Shown here one piece after another: positions 52,555 to 64,000 of a DNA stretch of 64,000 nucleotides. This DNA comes from Octopus bimaculoides (lineage: Eukaryota). Where the stretch lies: the NCBI RefSeq assembly GCF_001194135.2, contig NC_068981.1:26951732-27015731 (forward strand), given 5' to 3'. Made by a program: the position numbers and the translations under genes. The notes below the pieces were generated by a model, which had not been told where the DNA came from, did no database searches, and saw only the letters and a list, made by a program, of their open reading frames with translations. Numbering within the stretch: position 1 is the first letter of the stretch; each line of letters opens with the position of its first letter.

Positions 52555-52780
52555 ATCGATTGACTTAGTAGCTGGAGTGTGGCACTCAAACTCGTAAGAT
52601 TATAGTTTCAATTACTGGGTCGGTCGGTGCGTTATGTTCTTGAGCAAATCACTTTATTTCATGTCCCTCCAGTTCACTCAGATATCAAGAGGGGAATAAT
52701 CCTGCAACGGATTGGTGTCACGTTGAGAAGGAGAACATATACATTCCTCAGAATCCAAGGAACATGAACTTATGTGCCTA
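52555..52780 (+). mobile_element. SINE family C, old copy
   Basis: gttcttgagcaaatcactttatttcatgtccctccagttcactcag. Confidence 0.6.
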
Positions 52781-53944
52781 TGGTTCGGGGAAGACATCTG
52801 ATCCTATGTGTTGTATATATGTATGCATATTTAAACGTGTGCACATGCGTGCCCAGTAGTGACGTTCTGATGTATATAATTGTGCAAAACTTTAATGATA
52901 AATATGTTGGGAAATTTTCCGTTAGATGGTATCTTCTCACGTTGATATTCAAAGTTTCGCTTTACATATAAAAAAAGTTTGGGAAGCTGAACAAAATGCG
53001 GTAAAATAAAATAACACGCTTTACTCTTTAAACTCGGGCAAAAACAGCGGAGACGAAATTTATAGTCAATGTCAATCTTATAATAAAATATATAGATACG
53101 TTGATAATATTGGTAGGTAGGTCTTGCGTATATATTTTTATTATTCTAACATAGTAATAGGTACTCAATTCCCATAAGTTATTTCAACTTATTTTTCTTA
53201 ACACTTTACTCACACTTATTTGAATAACGGCTATTATTATGTTGCGCAATTAAAAATGGTTTGTCATGTCTTCCTCAATGCACTCAATCATTGTTGATTG
53301 GTTGTTGCATAAGAACAAGAGCACCACGAAAATTTACTTATAATGCATGTTATAATCTTGTCATATAGGAGCCACAGTATTGTTCGTATCAACAAAGTAA
53401 ATATATTGCACTTGATTCAGAAAATAATCTATTTAAAAAAAATACTCTCATCACCATCAACACTGCTTGTACGTTTACAGTCGATTCTGCTCTTACTTCA
53501 AATTAAGCATCTTCATTTAAGTTTCAATTTTTATTCAAAATCGTCACTGACTCCATGAATAGCAGCCTAATAAGAGCCCTCATAATTGCCCCAAATACTA
53601 GACATCACTATCGCTCGGAATCCCGTCTTGAGACTACATCAACATAGCAAAGAATGCATCTCAAATATTGTTGCTCCTCCTCATGTTAACCTCAAAAACT
53701 AATCTCAGATGACATCCATAAAAGTCGGTATTACTGCTACAGCATAGATTAGCATTTTAGACCAGAGAAGTACTATTCGTCTAATTGGTAGAATGCGATT
53801 CGCGTACACCGATATTCTGTCTCGTTTCTCTGAAGTTTTATTATCTGCCTCGTCGAACCTCCGGTCTCCTTCCGTTTCTTCTCATTTGTCATCCCTCCGA
53901 TCATCACCATCCTACTAGCTACTCCATTTCATTGGAAATATCTC

Positions 53945-54160
53945 TTTCTACTCTAGGCACAAAACCCGGAATTTTTGGGCAAGAATGGGGGGGCAGTCAA
54001 TTAGATCGACCTCAGTACGTAACTCGTACTTAATTTATCGACCCCGAAATGATGAAAGGCAAAGTCGACCTCGATGGAATTTGAACTCGGAAGGTAAAGA
54101 CAGACGAAATACCACTAAGCATTTCGCCCGTCCTGCTAATGTTTCTGGCAGCTCGCCACC
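53945..54160 (-). mobile_element. SINE family A
   Basis: Full-length reverse-complement match. Confidence 0.92.
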
Positions 54161-54657
54161 GTACTTCATTATAAATATATATTTCTGAAGTCTAGTTCTT
54201 CTTCTGCCAGAGTTAGACCCGCTGTAATTCTATGTACCCCTTTTTCCTGTAAAGGTCGACTTCATTTGAAGCAGTATGCTAATGGAATAAGCTTCACCTA
54301 TCTCGGAGAGCCTGCGAATACCTTGGATACTGCACCTACCACCAGACATAGATAAAAACGAAAAGTAATACCTTTGGGGTTAGATATAATCAGAGGTTCG
54401 TACTTCCAATATTTTAACCCTGTACTTTTTTTAAAAGTCATTCTTATTCTCTTTTATAGATCATTGACAGAGTAACGTTTTGTGGAGCACGTTTACATTT
54501 TGCGATAGATTCCTATATATGTTATTTTACCAGATATTCTTCCTGCTAATTTAATAAAATGTACAGCTAAGAAAATACGATGCAATCGTTTAAATTCTTT
54601 TTCGAAACAGTGTATCACTGATGGAAATGATTGTTTTTGTACCAGTTTCCGCAATAG

Positions 54658-55038
54658 GCATAGGAGTGGCTGTGTAGTAAGTAGCTTGCTTACGAACCCC
54701 ATGGTTCTGGATCCAGTCCCACTGCGTGGCACCTAGGGCAAGTGTTTTCTACTATAGCTTCGGGCTAACCAAATCCTTGTGAGTGGATTTGGTAGACGGA
54801 AACTGAAAGAAGCCCGTCGTATATATGTATGTATGTATATATATATATATATATATNNNNNNNNNNNNNNNNNNNNNNNNNNNNNNNNNNNNNNNNNNNN
54901 NNNNNNNNNNNNNNNNNNNNNNNNNNNNNNNNNNNNNNNNNNNNNNNNNNNNNNNNNNNNNNNNNNNNNNNNNNNNNNNNNNNNNNNNNNNNNNNNNNNN
55001 NNNNNNNNNNNNNNNNNNNNNNNNNNNNNNNNNNNNNN

Positions 55039-55073
<35 letters not shown>

Positions 55074-55283
55074 ATATGTTTATGTCTGTGTTTGTCCCCC
55101 CACCCCCAAATATCACTTGACAACCGATGCTGGTGTGTTTACGTCCCGTAATCTAGCGGTTCGGCAAAATTGACCGATAGAATAAGTACTAGGCTTGCAA
55201 AAAATAGTCGATTTGCTCGACTCATGGCGGTGCTCCAGCATGGCCACAGTCAAATGACTGAAACAGGTAAAAGAGTAAAAGAG
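54658..55283 (+). mobile_element. SINE family B with an N-gap in its central microsatellite
   Basis: Head and tail match the 33199 copy. Confidence 0.92.
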
Positions 55284-55680
55284 GTGACAATACGACAGGT
55301 TTTTATCTCCATAAGTTCTGTACCAATATTGCAAGTACCAGTCCTTCACCAATCTTATCAAATCGACCCAACACTTCACTTCTACAGCTTTGAAATTGTA
55401 TCAAAGTAAGAAATTGGTATTGCTATTATTCAAGTTCGGAGAGAGCATAAAGGATATTATTACATGGCAATGCTTAGAAGTCCTCACACGAAACGCAAGG
55501 CTGATAACTTTCGTTCGATTATGCATTGCTTATACAAATTAAACATATTCATCTGACTTACGTATTCTCTTAAATGCTGCTGAAGCACGCTATCGCACGT
55601 TTGTCCGGGTGTAGGACTTTATTCTAAGTTTCCATAATGGAATCTTTATACAATTAATGCTCGGACTTTTTCTTTTACAG

Positions 55681-55806
55681 GTACAAATACCAATGTCCTC
55701 ATCCTCCTTTTGCCCCGGTAGAAAAGGTACCAGTAATAAACGGTGTTATTTTAGTCAATTGCAATCAGTTTCTAGAAATATCGAGCTCGGACCAAGTCGA
55801 AATGAT
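55681..55806 (+). CDS. Candidate 126-nt internal exon (phase 2-2 frame YKYQCPHPPFAPVEKVPVINGVILVNCNQFLEISSSDQVEM)
   Basis: Very strong acceptor actttttcttttacag and donor gat|gtaagt. Length is a multiple of 3 and two frames are open. No family recognised. Confidence 0.38.
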
Positions 55807-56329
55807 GTAAGTATTTATATTGTGGTTCGTATTTTAGCTTCAGATATTACTGAAGCTGATTTTCTTACAGACGTTACTGTTATTTTAAGGATGATATGTT
55901 TATAATTGTTTGTTTATTGTTTATTTTATAATTTTTTTTTTCTTAATTTTGTCCAATGTTTGGTCGGATGCTGCAGAAATATGAGAAGTGAGACGTTTGG
56001 CAGTGGGTTGAACAAAAAACAGTTTTGGGGACACGAGTAGAAGTTCACAGACAATGACAAGATGATCAATCAGTAATTTCTTACTAGAATTTCGGTAACC
56101 TAAGTAGAGACAGCTTTTTTTCCAATAATTACGATTCTAAAAGAACATATAAAACAGTAACAATAACATGAAAAAAAACATTAAAAATAGAAAAACAACT
56201 AAAAAATATTTGGTGATGTCAGCGAGTAAGGATTGCGGCGGTTACCAATAGCTACGGGAGCAGTTCTTGATAGTGATGATGGGGATGCAGTGGGGTAATA
56301 CACTATTTCTAGTGCTTTTGTTTTCATCA

Positions 56330-56397
56330 TTATTATTATATTATTATTATTATTATCATTATTATCATCATCATCATCATCATCGTCATCATCATCA

Positions 56398-56444
<47 letters not shown>

Positions 56445-56446
56445 GC

Positions 56447-56506
<60 letters not shown>

Positions 56507-56513
56507 CAACATC

Positions 56514-56582
<69 letters not shown>

Positions 56583-57077
56583 TCTTTTATTATTATTATT
56601 ATTATTATTACTATTATTATTATCATTGTTATTATTAATATTTTATTGTTGTTGTTGTTGTTTCACTGTCCTTGTCATCATCATCATCATCATTATTATA
56701 CTCATTGTTGTTGTTCTTGCTGTTGTTGATAGTTTATTACTCTGAGTGGTTATGGTGATAGCACTAGTAATTGTGCCAGCGTACGGAGAAGGAAGTGGAC
56801 ATATATTACTCACATTGTAGTTATTCCTTGCGCTGGTGCTGAGGTTGTTGTTATTGTTGTTGTTAATGTTATTATTGAAAGCAGGGAAGAAATTTATTAG
56901 TCCATTTGTTGTTGTTGTTGTTGGTTTTGAAGTGTGTGATTGCATACTGGAGTTACTGGTAGAGGACTGACAAGATAATTCTGGTGTTGTTTTTTCTGTT
57001 TTCTAGTATGTTATCGGAGTTCATAATAGGAGCTGTTGTTGATATTGTTGTTGTTGTCGTAATTGTTGTTCTTCCTG

Positions 57078-57108
<31 letters not shown>

Positions 57109-57132
57109 TGGTGATGGTGGTGGTGGTGGTGG

Positions 57133-57202
<70 letters not shown>

Positions 57203-57430
57203 CATTATTATTATTATTAGTATCATTATCATCATCATTATTATAATAATTATTATTATTGCTATTTTTATTGTTGTTGTTATTGTTGATGTTGTGGTGG
57301 TCGTGGTCGTGGTCGTTGTGGTGGTTATGGTGGTGGTAGTTTTGGTGGTGATGATGACGATGATGATGATGACAGCGATGCTGATGATGAGGATGACGAT
57401 GATGACGATGACGACAACGACAGCAATGTT
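56330..57430. repeat. ~1.1-kb compound trinucleotide array (TAT/CAT/GTT/GAT/GGT)
   Basis: Directly visible. It explains the poly-Y/I/L/H/N ORFs. Confidence 0.97.
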
Positions 57431-57702
57431 GATTGAAATATATCATTAGTCAGGTAGTAGATTTTTTTGTTATTGTTAGCTGTAGTCAGTGAAATACTCT
57501 TAGCTTCCTTCACATTGTTGCCACTGTCCTTGCTGATGTTGTTTAACCCTAAGCTGGTTTATATAAAGCAGACACACTTATGATCAAATCATCTTTCTAG
57601 CAATGAATATATTGTTATATTTTCTTTTGGAATTAATGTGTTACAGACAAACATATGCTATGCATCCTTTTATTAGTTGTTATCGTGTAGTTTACAGAAG
57701 AC

Positions 57703-57926
57703 TTACTCTTTTACTTGTTTCAGTCATTTGACTGCGGCCATGCTGGAGCACCGCCTTTAGTCGAGCAAATCGACCCCAGGACTTATTCTTTGGAAGCCTA
57801 GTACTTATTCTATCGGTCGAATTTGCCGAACCGCTAAGTTATGGGGACATAAACACACCAGCATCGGTTGTCAAGCGATTTGTGGGGGGTCAAACACAGA
57901 CACACAAACATATACATACACATACA

Positions 57927-57976
<50 letters not shown>

Positions 57977-58310
57977 NNNNNNNNNNNNNNNNNNNNNNNN
58001 NNNNNNNNNNNNNNNNNNNNNNNNNNNNNNNNNNNNNNNNNNNNNNNNNNNNNNNNNNNNNNNNNNNNNNNNNNNNNNNNNNNNNNNNNNNNNNNNNNNN
58101 NNNNNNNNNNNNNNNNNNNNNNNNNNNNNNATATATATACATATATATACGACAGTCTTCTTTTAGTCTTCGTCTACCATATCCACTCACAAGGCTTTGA
58201 TTGGCCGGAGGTTATAGTGGAAGACACTAACCCAAGGTGCCACGCAGTGGGACTGAATCCGGAACCATGTGGTTGGTAAGCAAGCTACTTACCACACAGC
58301 CACTCCTGCG
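57703..58310 (-). mobile_element. SINE family B with an N-gap in its central microsatellite
   Basis: Reverse complement of the family B head (cagccactcctgcg) and tail (gcggccatgctggagcacc). Confidence 0.93.
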
Positions 58311-58517
58311 ACTTAGATCATATTTCTAGCTCATCGAGCTACCATGTAGGATATGTCTCATTCGCTTGTGCTATAGTTGTTACTACTGGTAGTGATTGGT
58401 TTATAACAATAATAACTCGATGGACCCATGAAAAATTCACGGAAAATATTAAAAATTAAGCATCTGTAAATTGTGTGCTGGTGCCATGAGAAATGTGTCT
58501 ATATTGTGACAGTTAAA

Positions 58518-58635
58518 GACGGAGAGTTGGCAGAATCGTTAGGACGCCGGGCGAAATGCTTAGCGGTATTTCGTCTGTCTTTGCGTTCTGAGTTTAAATT
58601 CTGCCGAGGACGACTTTGGTTTTCATCCTTTCGAT
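58518..58635 (+). mobile_element. SINE family A, 5' part
   Basis: ggcagaatcgttaggacgccgggcgaaatgcttagcggtatttcgtc. Confidence 0.88.
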
Positions 58636-58833
58636 AAAGGTTATATTGGAAAGCCAAAAGATGTGTTTTTAACTGAGGTGGAATTTTATAATTAAAAGAA
58701 ATTCAAAATTTAAATTTCGAAACAAGACTTAACATGTTAGCTGGTGTATGGCCGAATTCAAATGGGTAGAAAATTTACAAACAGATCGATCTGTCTTTGC
58801 GCGTGTGTGTGTGTGGGTGTGTGTGTGTGTGTA

Positions 58834-58864
<31 letters not shown>

Positions 58865-58879
58865 ATGTGTGTGTGTGTA

Positions 58880-58914
<35 letters not shown>

Positions 58915-60868
58915 TTGGGCCTTTAGTAGCCAGGAGTCAATTTCAGTTCAATCGTAGAGAGGAATTCAAATGCCTATCAGTCACTCCCTCTCACTCTCTT
59001 TCTCTTTCTCTCTCACTTCCTTGCCCGACATACGCGTCAAATTTAAGTATCTTAGTTTTGTCTTTAAGATCATTGCTGCTAAGGTGGCCAAGTAAGCGTG
59101 GATGTTGAAAAGTAGTATTACAACACATAGGTGGTGGTTTCAAATCTCTTGAAACAATTTCTATCACTTAACCGTGACAAACGCGTTAGGTACGTACAAA
59201 AATCAAATTGGTGTATTGATATTATTGATAATATCGTGTTGTTGTGAGATACTGTATATTAGAGATGGAATCGTTGGTAAGGTATTTAATTCATAATCAG
59301 GATTATGCTGGAGCGAGATGGCACTGGTAATATTGATGATATCACACAGCGAAGAGGGAGACTAGTAGTGGTGGAGGGGTTGTTTGTAACTTAGTTAGAT
59401 TTATGATATCAGATTGCACGTCGATGGTCATTGTATGTAATGAACAGTTGTGGTATAGTGACAGTGTTGCTGGCGCTGGTAGCAGCAGAAATGTGTATAA
59501 TATCAATGACTGCTGCTGACAGTGGCTCTGGCAATATAAGTGATGGTATTGCTTGCATTTGTCCTGATACTGATGTTGCTATTTATACTTTACACATTAG
59601 AGAAGGATCAGAGATATTAATGAAAACACACTAGCAGTAAACGTTTAGACTTTTATTATTTTCGTTTTGTCCTTTTCTCAGAGCAGTCTAATTGGAAATA
59701 TCTTACTCAATATTGCTCACTGTTTCATAGTGATGTGTACTCTGGAGTACAGCTCTTAGAATCACATATGTCCAGAGATGCTAAAGAGAAGAGGGCTGTA
59801 TGGAAAGTATGAGTCCCAACGAGTCTTGCTTGTCCCTACTATAACCACAAATTTCATTACAAACTTACTCTAATAAGCCACTTCATGGCCCACAAATTGT
59901 AAAGCTGACTGAGAAGAGAGTTTTTCGATGTACAAGACGTGATTTTCCTCTTGTATGAAATCTCGCATCTTATTTTCACACATCTTCGATAGATTTAATG
60001 ATATTAGTGGGGTTTTTTTACGCGGAATAATTCCCAGTTGCATATAATTACGCTATGGAAAGACATTGTAATAGTTGCAGCGCTTGTAACACTGATGTTC
60101 ATAATGAAAGTTTCTGTGGTATTCGTGTTTCAGCCCTATGTTTCGGCTGAGGAACCAGAGTTTTATGCTCCAAGAACTTCAAAAAATATATATGAACGAA
60201 ATTCAAAACAAACACATCTTGTCTTTCTTTATATATGTACATCATATATATATATATATATATATATANNNNNNNNNNNNNNNNNNNNNNNNNNNNNNNN
60301 NNNNNNNNNNNNNNNNNNNNNNNNNNNNNNNNNNNNNNNNNNNNNNNNNNNNNNNNNNNNNNNNNNNNNNNNNNNNNNNNNNNNNNNNNNNNNNNNNNNN
60401 NNNNNNNNNNNNNNNNNNNNNNNNNNNNNNNNNNNNNNNNNNNNNNNNNNNNNNNNNNNNNNNNNNNNNNNNNNNNNNNNNNNNNNNNNNNNNNNNNNNN
60501 NNNNNNNNNNNNNNNNNNNNNNNNNNNNNNNNNNNNNNNNNNNNNNNNNNNNNNNNNNNNNNNNNNNNNNNNNNNNNNNNNNNNNNNNNNNNNNNNNNNN
60601 NNNNNNNNNNNNNNNNNNNNNNNNNNNNNNNNNNNNNNNNNNNNNNNNNNNNNNNNNNNNNNNNNNNNNNNNNNNNNNNNNNNNNNNNNNNNNNNNNNNN
60701 NNNTATATATATATATATATATATAGATAGATATATATTCGCACCCAAATATATATATACGTATATGCATATACGTGCATGTGTCTGTGTGTACCTTGTG
60801 TATGTACATGTGTGTTTGTAGATACATGCATATATATTTACATACATATATATATATGTGTGTATATG

Positions 60869-60911
<43 letters not shown>

Positions 60912-61519
60912 ATGTGTGTATATATATGTATATATATACGACGTAGTATGCGTGAGCATAAGTATGTTTGTATATATATATCTAAGGTAAGGGATATGAG
61001 GTGTGTGAGGGCAATTCGGCTGTTCATTGTAGCAGGTTGTTTGACTAAATAGGTGTGTCTTTGTTGGACAGGTAGAGTAGAAAGTTCTCTTAGTAGATAG
61101 CAGGAAGTTAGGTCATCGTCGTTATTGTTCACTGAAGTTGGTAAACAGGTAAAACTGTGTGGGCGTTATAGTTTTAGTGGCAGGAAATGTCGATGAAACT
61201 GTAAATAAGAAAAAGTAGAGAAAAATAAGGTCGTAGCTAAACAAAAAACAGATAGACAAATGGTGAGAATTGAAACGACGTGATGGACAAGGAAAATGAA
61301 AACATGTGCGTGGGGATATTTTAGAGTAGAGTCAATTTCAAGTAACTGACGAATATTGATGACAAGAGAAAACTTTACTTTGTATGTATGTATGTATGTA
61401 TGTATGTATGTATGTATGTATATATGTATGTGGATATGTAATTACGCATGCATACATACATATATCTATAAAAATTGTGTTTGCAAGATTGTAACGACAA
61501 CGATGGCGACCACGAACAA

Positions 61520-61631
<112 letters not shown>

Positions 61632-61843
61632 TCAAATTACGACAAACGTAAATAAACAAACGAAATTTGCTTTTAGAAGCGTTGAGATGTCTTAAAAAGT
61701 TAAAGAAGTGATTTGAAATTCCCAATCGCAGAATAATGCTAATAATATAGCCTGAACAGGATAAACCACCCCTATTTTACAGAGAAAAGTGTAAGTGGCT
61801 AATAATAATAATAATGTGATGATGATGATGATGATGATGATGA

Positions 61844-62211
61844 TAAGAAGCGGACTCATGGAGTGCAAACCTCCGCCAAGGCAACACCGTCCACTCAACG
61901 ATTAGCCAGAAGTGATTTTTAAAATGTGTATATCTGAAATAAACTCCCCTGCTCTCACAAACGGGAATACTAAAAATGAACATGACCACTCTCAAAAATT
62001 AAGTAAGAAAACCGGAAAAATAATCCTGAATCCTTGCCTTGGGTCGGATCGATTGCAAAATCTAATCACTTCGTGCTAGTCACAAGACGAAACATCCCTG
62101 AAAGTGTTATTCAAATCCATCCAGCGATTCTTGAGATATCTTGTCTGCGGACAAACAAATAAACAAACACGACTGGAATAATACCTCCGCCTTGGTTAAG
62201 GCGGAGGTAAT

Positions 62212-62212
<1 letters not shown>
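61844..62212 (+). mobile_element. Non-autonomous Helentron/DINE-1-like (HINE-type) element
   Basis: 5' subterminal acctccgcc (61869) is inverted relative to 3' ggcggaggt. A 12-bp 3' stem-loop tacctccgcctt-ggtt-aaggcggaggta lies at 62182-62209, with a short (aaac)n before it. Sits between microsatellites. Confidence 0.6.
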
Positions 62213-62545
<333 letters not shown>

Positions 62546-63458
62546 GGAGAATTACTGAACGCATATATGAATGAATATTAAAAGTGTGAATGAACGCATA
62601 AAGATAGATTTTGGTAATATTGAAGCTTGGGGGGAAACTTGAAAAAATATAAAAAGAGAAACATAAGTCTCAAAATGGGAAAATATAGGAAGTTGATAAG
62701 CTGAAACATGATATGATGTAACCCATCCAAAAGATTATTTTCACGATACCACCAAGAATGCCACATGTCAAATTCTAATTTTGCTCTTTACCTTTACACC
62801 ACGTTTCATTTTATTTATTTATTTATTTATTTATTTTTGAACTTTCAAATTTTAAATGATGAAATGTTAAACAATATCAGTTGAGACAAAATGCTGAAGA
62901 AAATATAATATATACCAGCAGAAATAGAAACAATATTATTTCTGTGCTTTAAATTTAAAAATCATATTTAATTTTTATTTTTGTCTCAGTGTTTGGAAAC
63001 TTATTTCGGCAATATGAGAGGATAAATATTTTCAAAGTTATGGAAACTCGATAATAATCTGCCATTTTCGATTTAATTTACAATTCTTGAATTCAAAGAA
63101 ATGGTCTTCTTCTACATTTCTTTACAAATGGAACCCAGCTGCAAAACAAATTTTATAGTAATTGTCAAACAGAATTTTCATAGATCACTTATTTCATGAC
63201 GGACAACATAGATGTTTACTTATTTAAATTTTTATTGTCTAAAATTATTTCTGTTGAATTATTGAAGCAAATTTATTTTATCGATTTATTGACTTAGCAA
63301 TACTTGATTCTATAACTTTGAATTCTTTAAATAAAAGTTTTGTGTTCGTGTATATACAGGAATTCTATTCTATACTTAACCCTATGGTCGGACGTGCCAT
63401 ATTTAGGACAGCACCCTGTTCTACTATATTTTTTTGCTTACTGCCTGCATATTACAAG

Positions 63459-63700
63459 CTTACTCTTCACTCTCTCTTACTTGTTTCAGTGAATTGATTG
63501 CGGCCATGCTGGAGCACCACCTTTAGTCGAGCAAATCGACCCCAGTACTTATTCTTTGTAAGCCTAGTACTTAATCTATCGGTCTTTTTTGCTGAACCGC
63601 TATGTTACGGGGACGTAAACACACCAGCATCGGTTGTCAAGCGATGTTGGGGGGAGAAACACAGACACACAAACATATACACACATATACATATATATAT
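63459..63700 (-). mobile_element. SINE family B, 3' half
   Basis: gcggccatgctggagcacc...acaccagcatcggttgtcaagcgatg. Confidence 0.9.
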
Positions 63701-63724
63701 AAACAATNNNNNNNNNNTATATGC

Positions 63725-63755
<31 letters not shown>

Positions 63756-63760
63756 CATGC

Positions 63761-63792
<32 letters not shown>

Positions 63793-64000
63793 ATATGAGG
63801 GTAAAAGAAAAAAATTCTATGCCAATATGCTGAAAAATAGACCTTAGATCGTCTCACCACATAAATTATTTTGGGGGTACTTAAATGTACACATAACTTT
63901 GCATCCACATATATATATATTTTAAATTAAGGATAAAATCTATATTAGATTTTATCAGGTACTTAGCATTCCATCTACCGTTGAAAATCAAATGGTATGT

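Noticed and set aside
60130-60190. gtttcggctga motif resembling a Penelope hammerhead end
   Set aside because: No CUGANGA-like core at a workable distance.
61000-61200. Strong minus-strand acceptor at ~61200 followed by unique sequence
   Set aside because: All frames close within 26 codons, and no donor was found.

Overview
AT-rich, repeat-saturated animal genomic DNA with ten N-gaps, most flanked by (TA)n/(CA)n/(CT)n. The SINE families and microsatellite density suggest an octopus or other coleoid cephalopod draft assembly (inference from recalled repeat sequences, not a search). I could not recognise any complete protein-coding gene, and almost all listed ORFs are microsatellite translations or chance frames. 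Supportable content: many tRNA-headed SINEs of at least three families; decayed LINEs (L1/Tx1-like, CR1, RTE, probable R4/Dong 3' ends in (ATT)n); a decayed mariner; an internally deleted Tc1; a Helentron-type non-autonomous element; Penelope-like remnants with hammerhead-ribozyme-like cores; and large compound trinucleotide arrays. Best leads: (i) tandem minimal hammerhead-like motifs with a CUGUNGA core variant; (ii) a 10.06-kb-spaced duplicated block keeping a 59-codon open frame and matching splice-like sites; (iii) a perfect 24-bp hairpin and a ~118-bp fold-back; (iv) a CR1 tail resembling a SINE tail. I see no solid evidence of a new multi-gene system. All coordinates and alignments were made by eye and are approximate at element edges.
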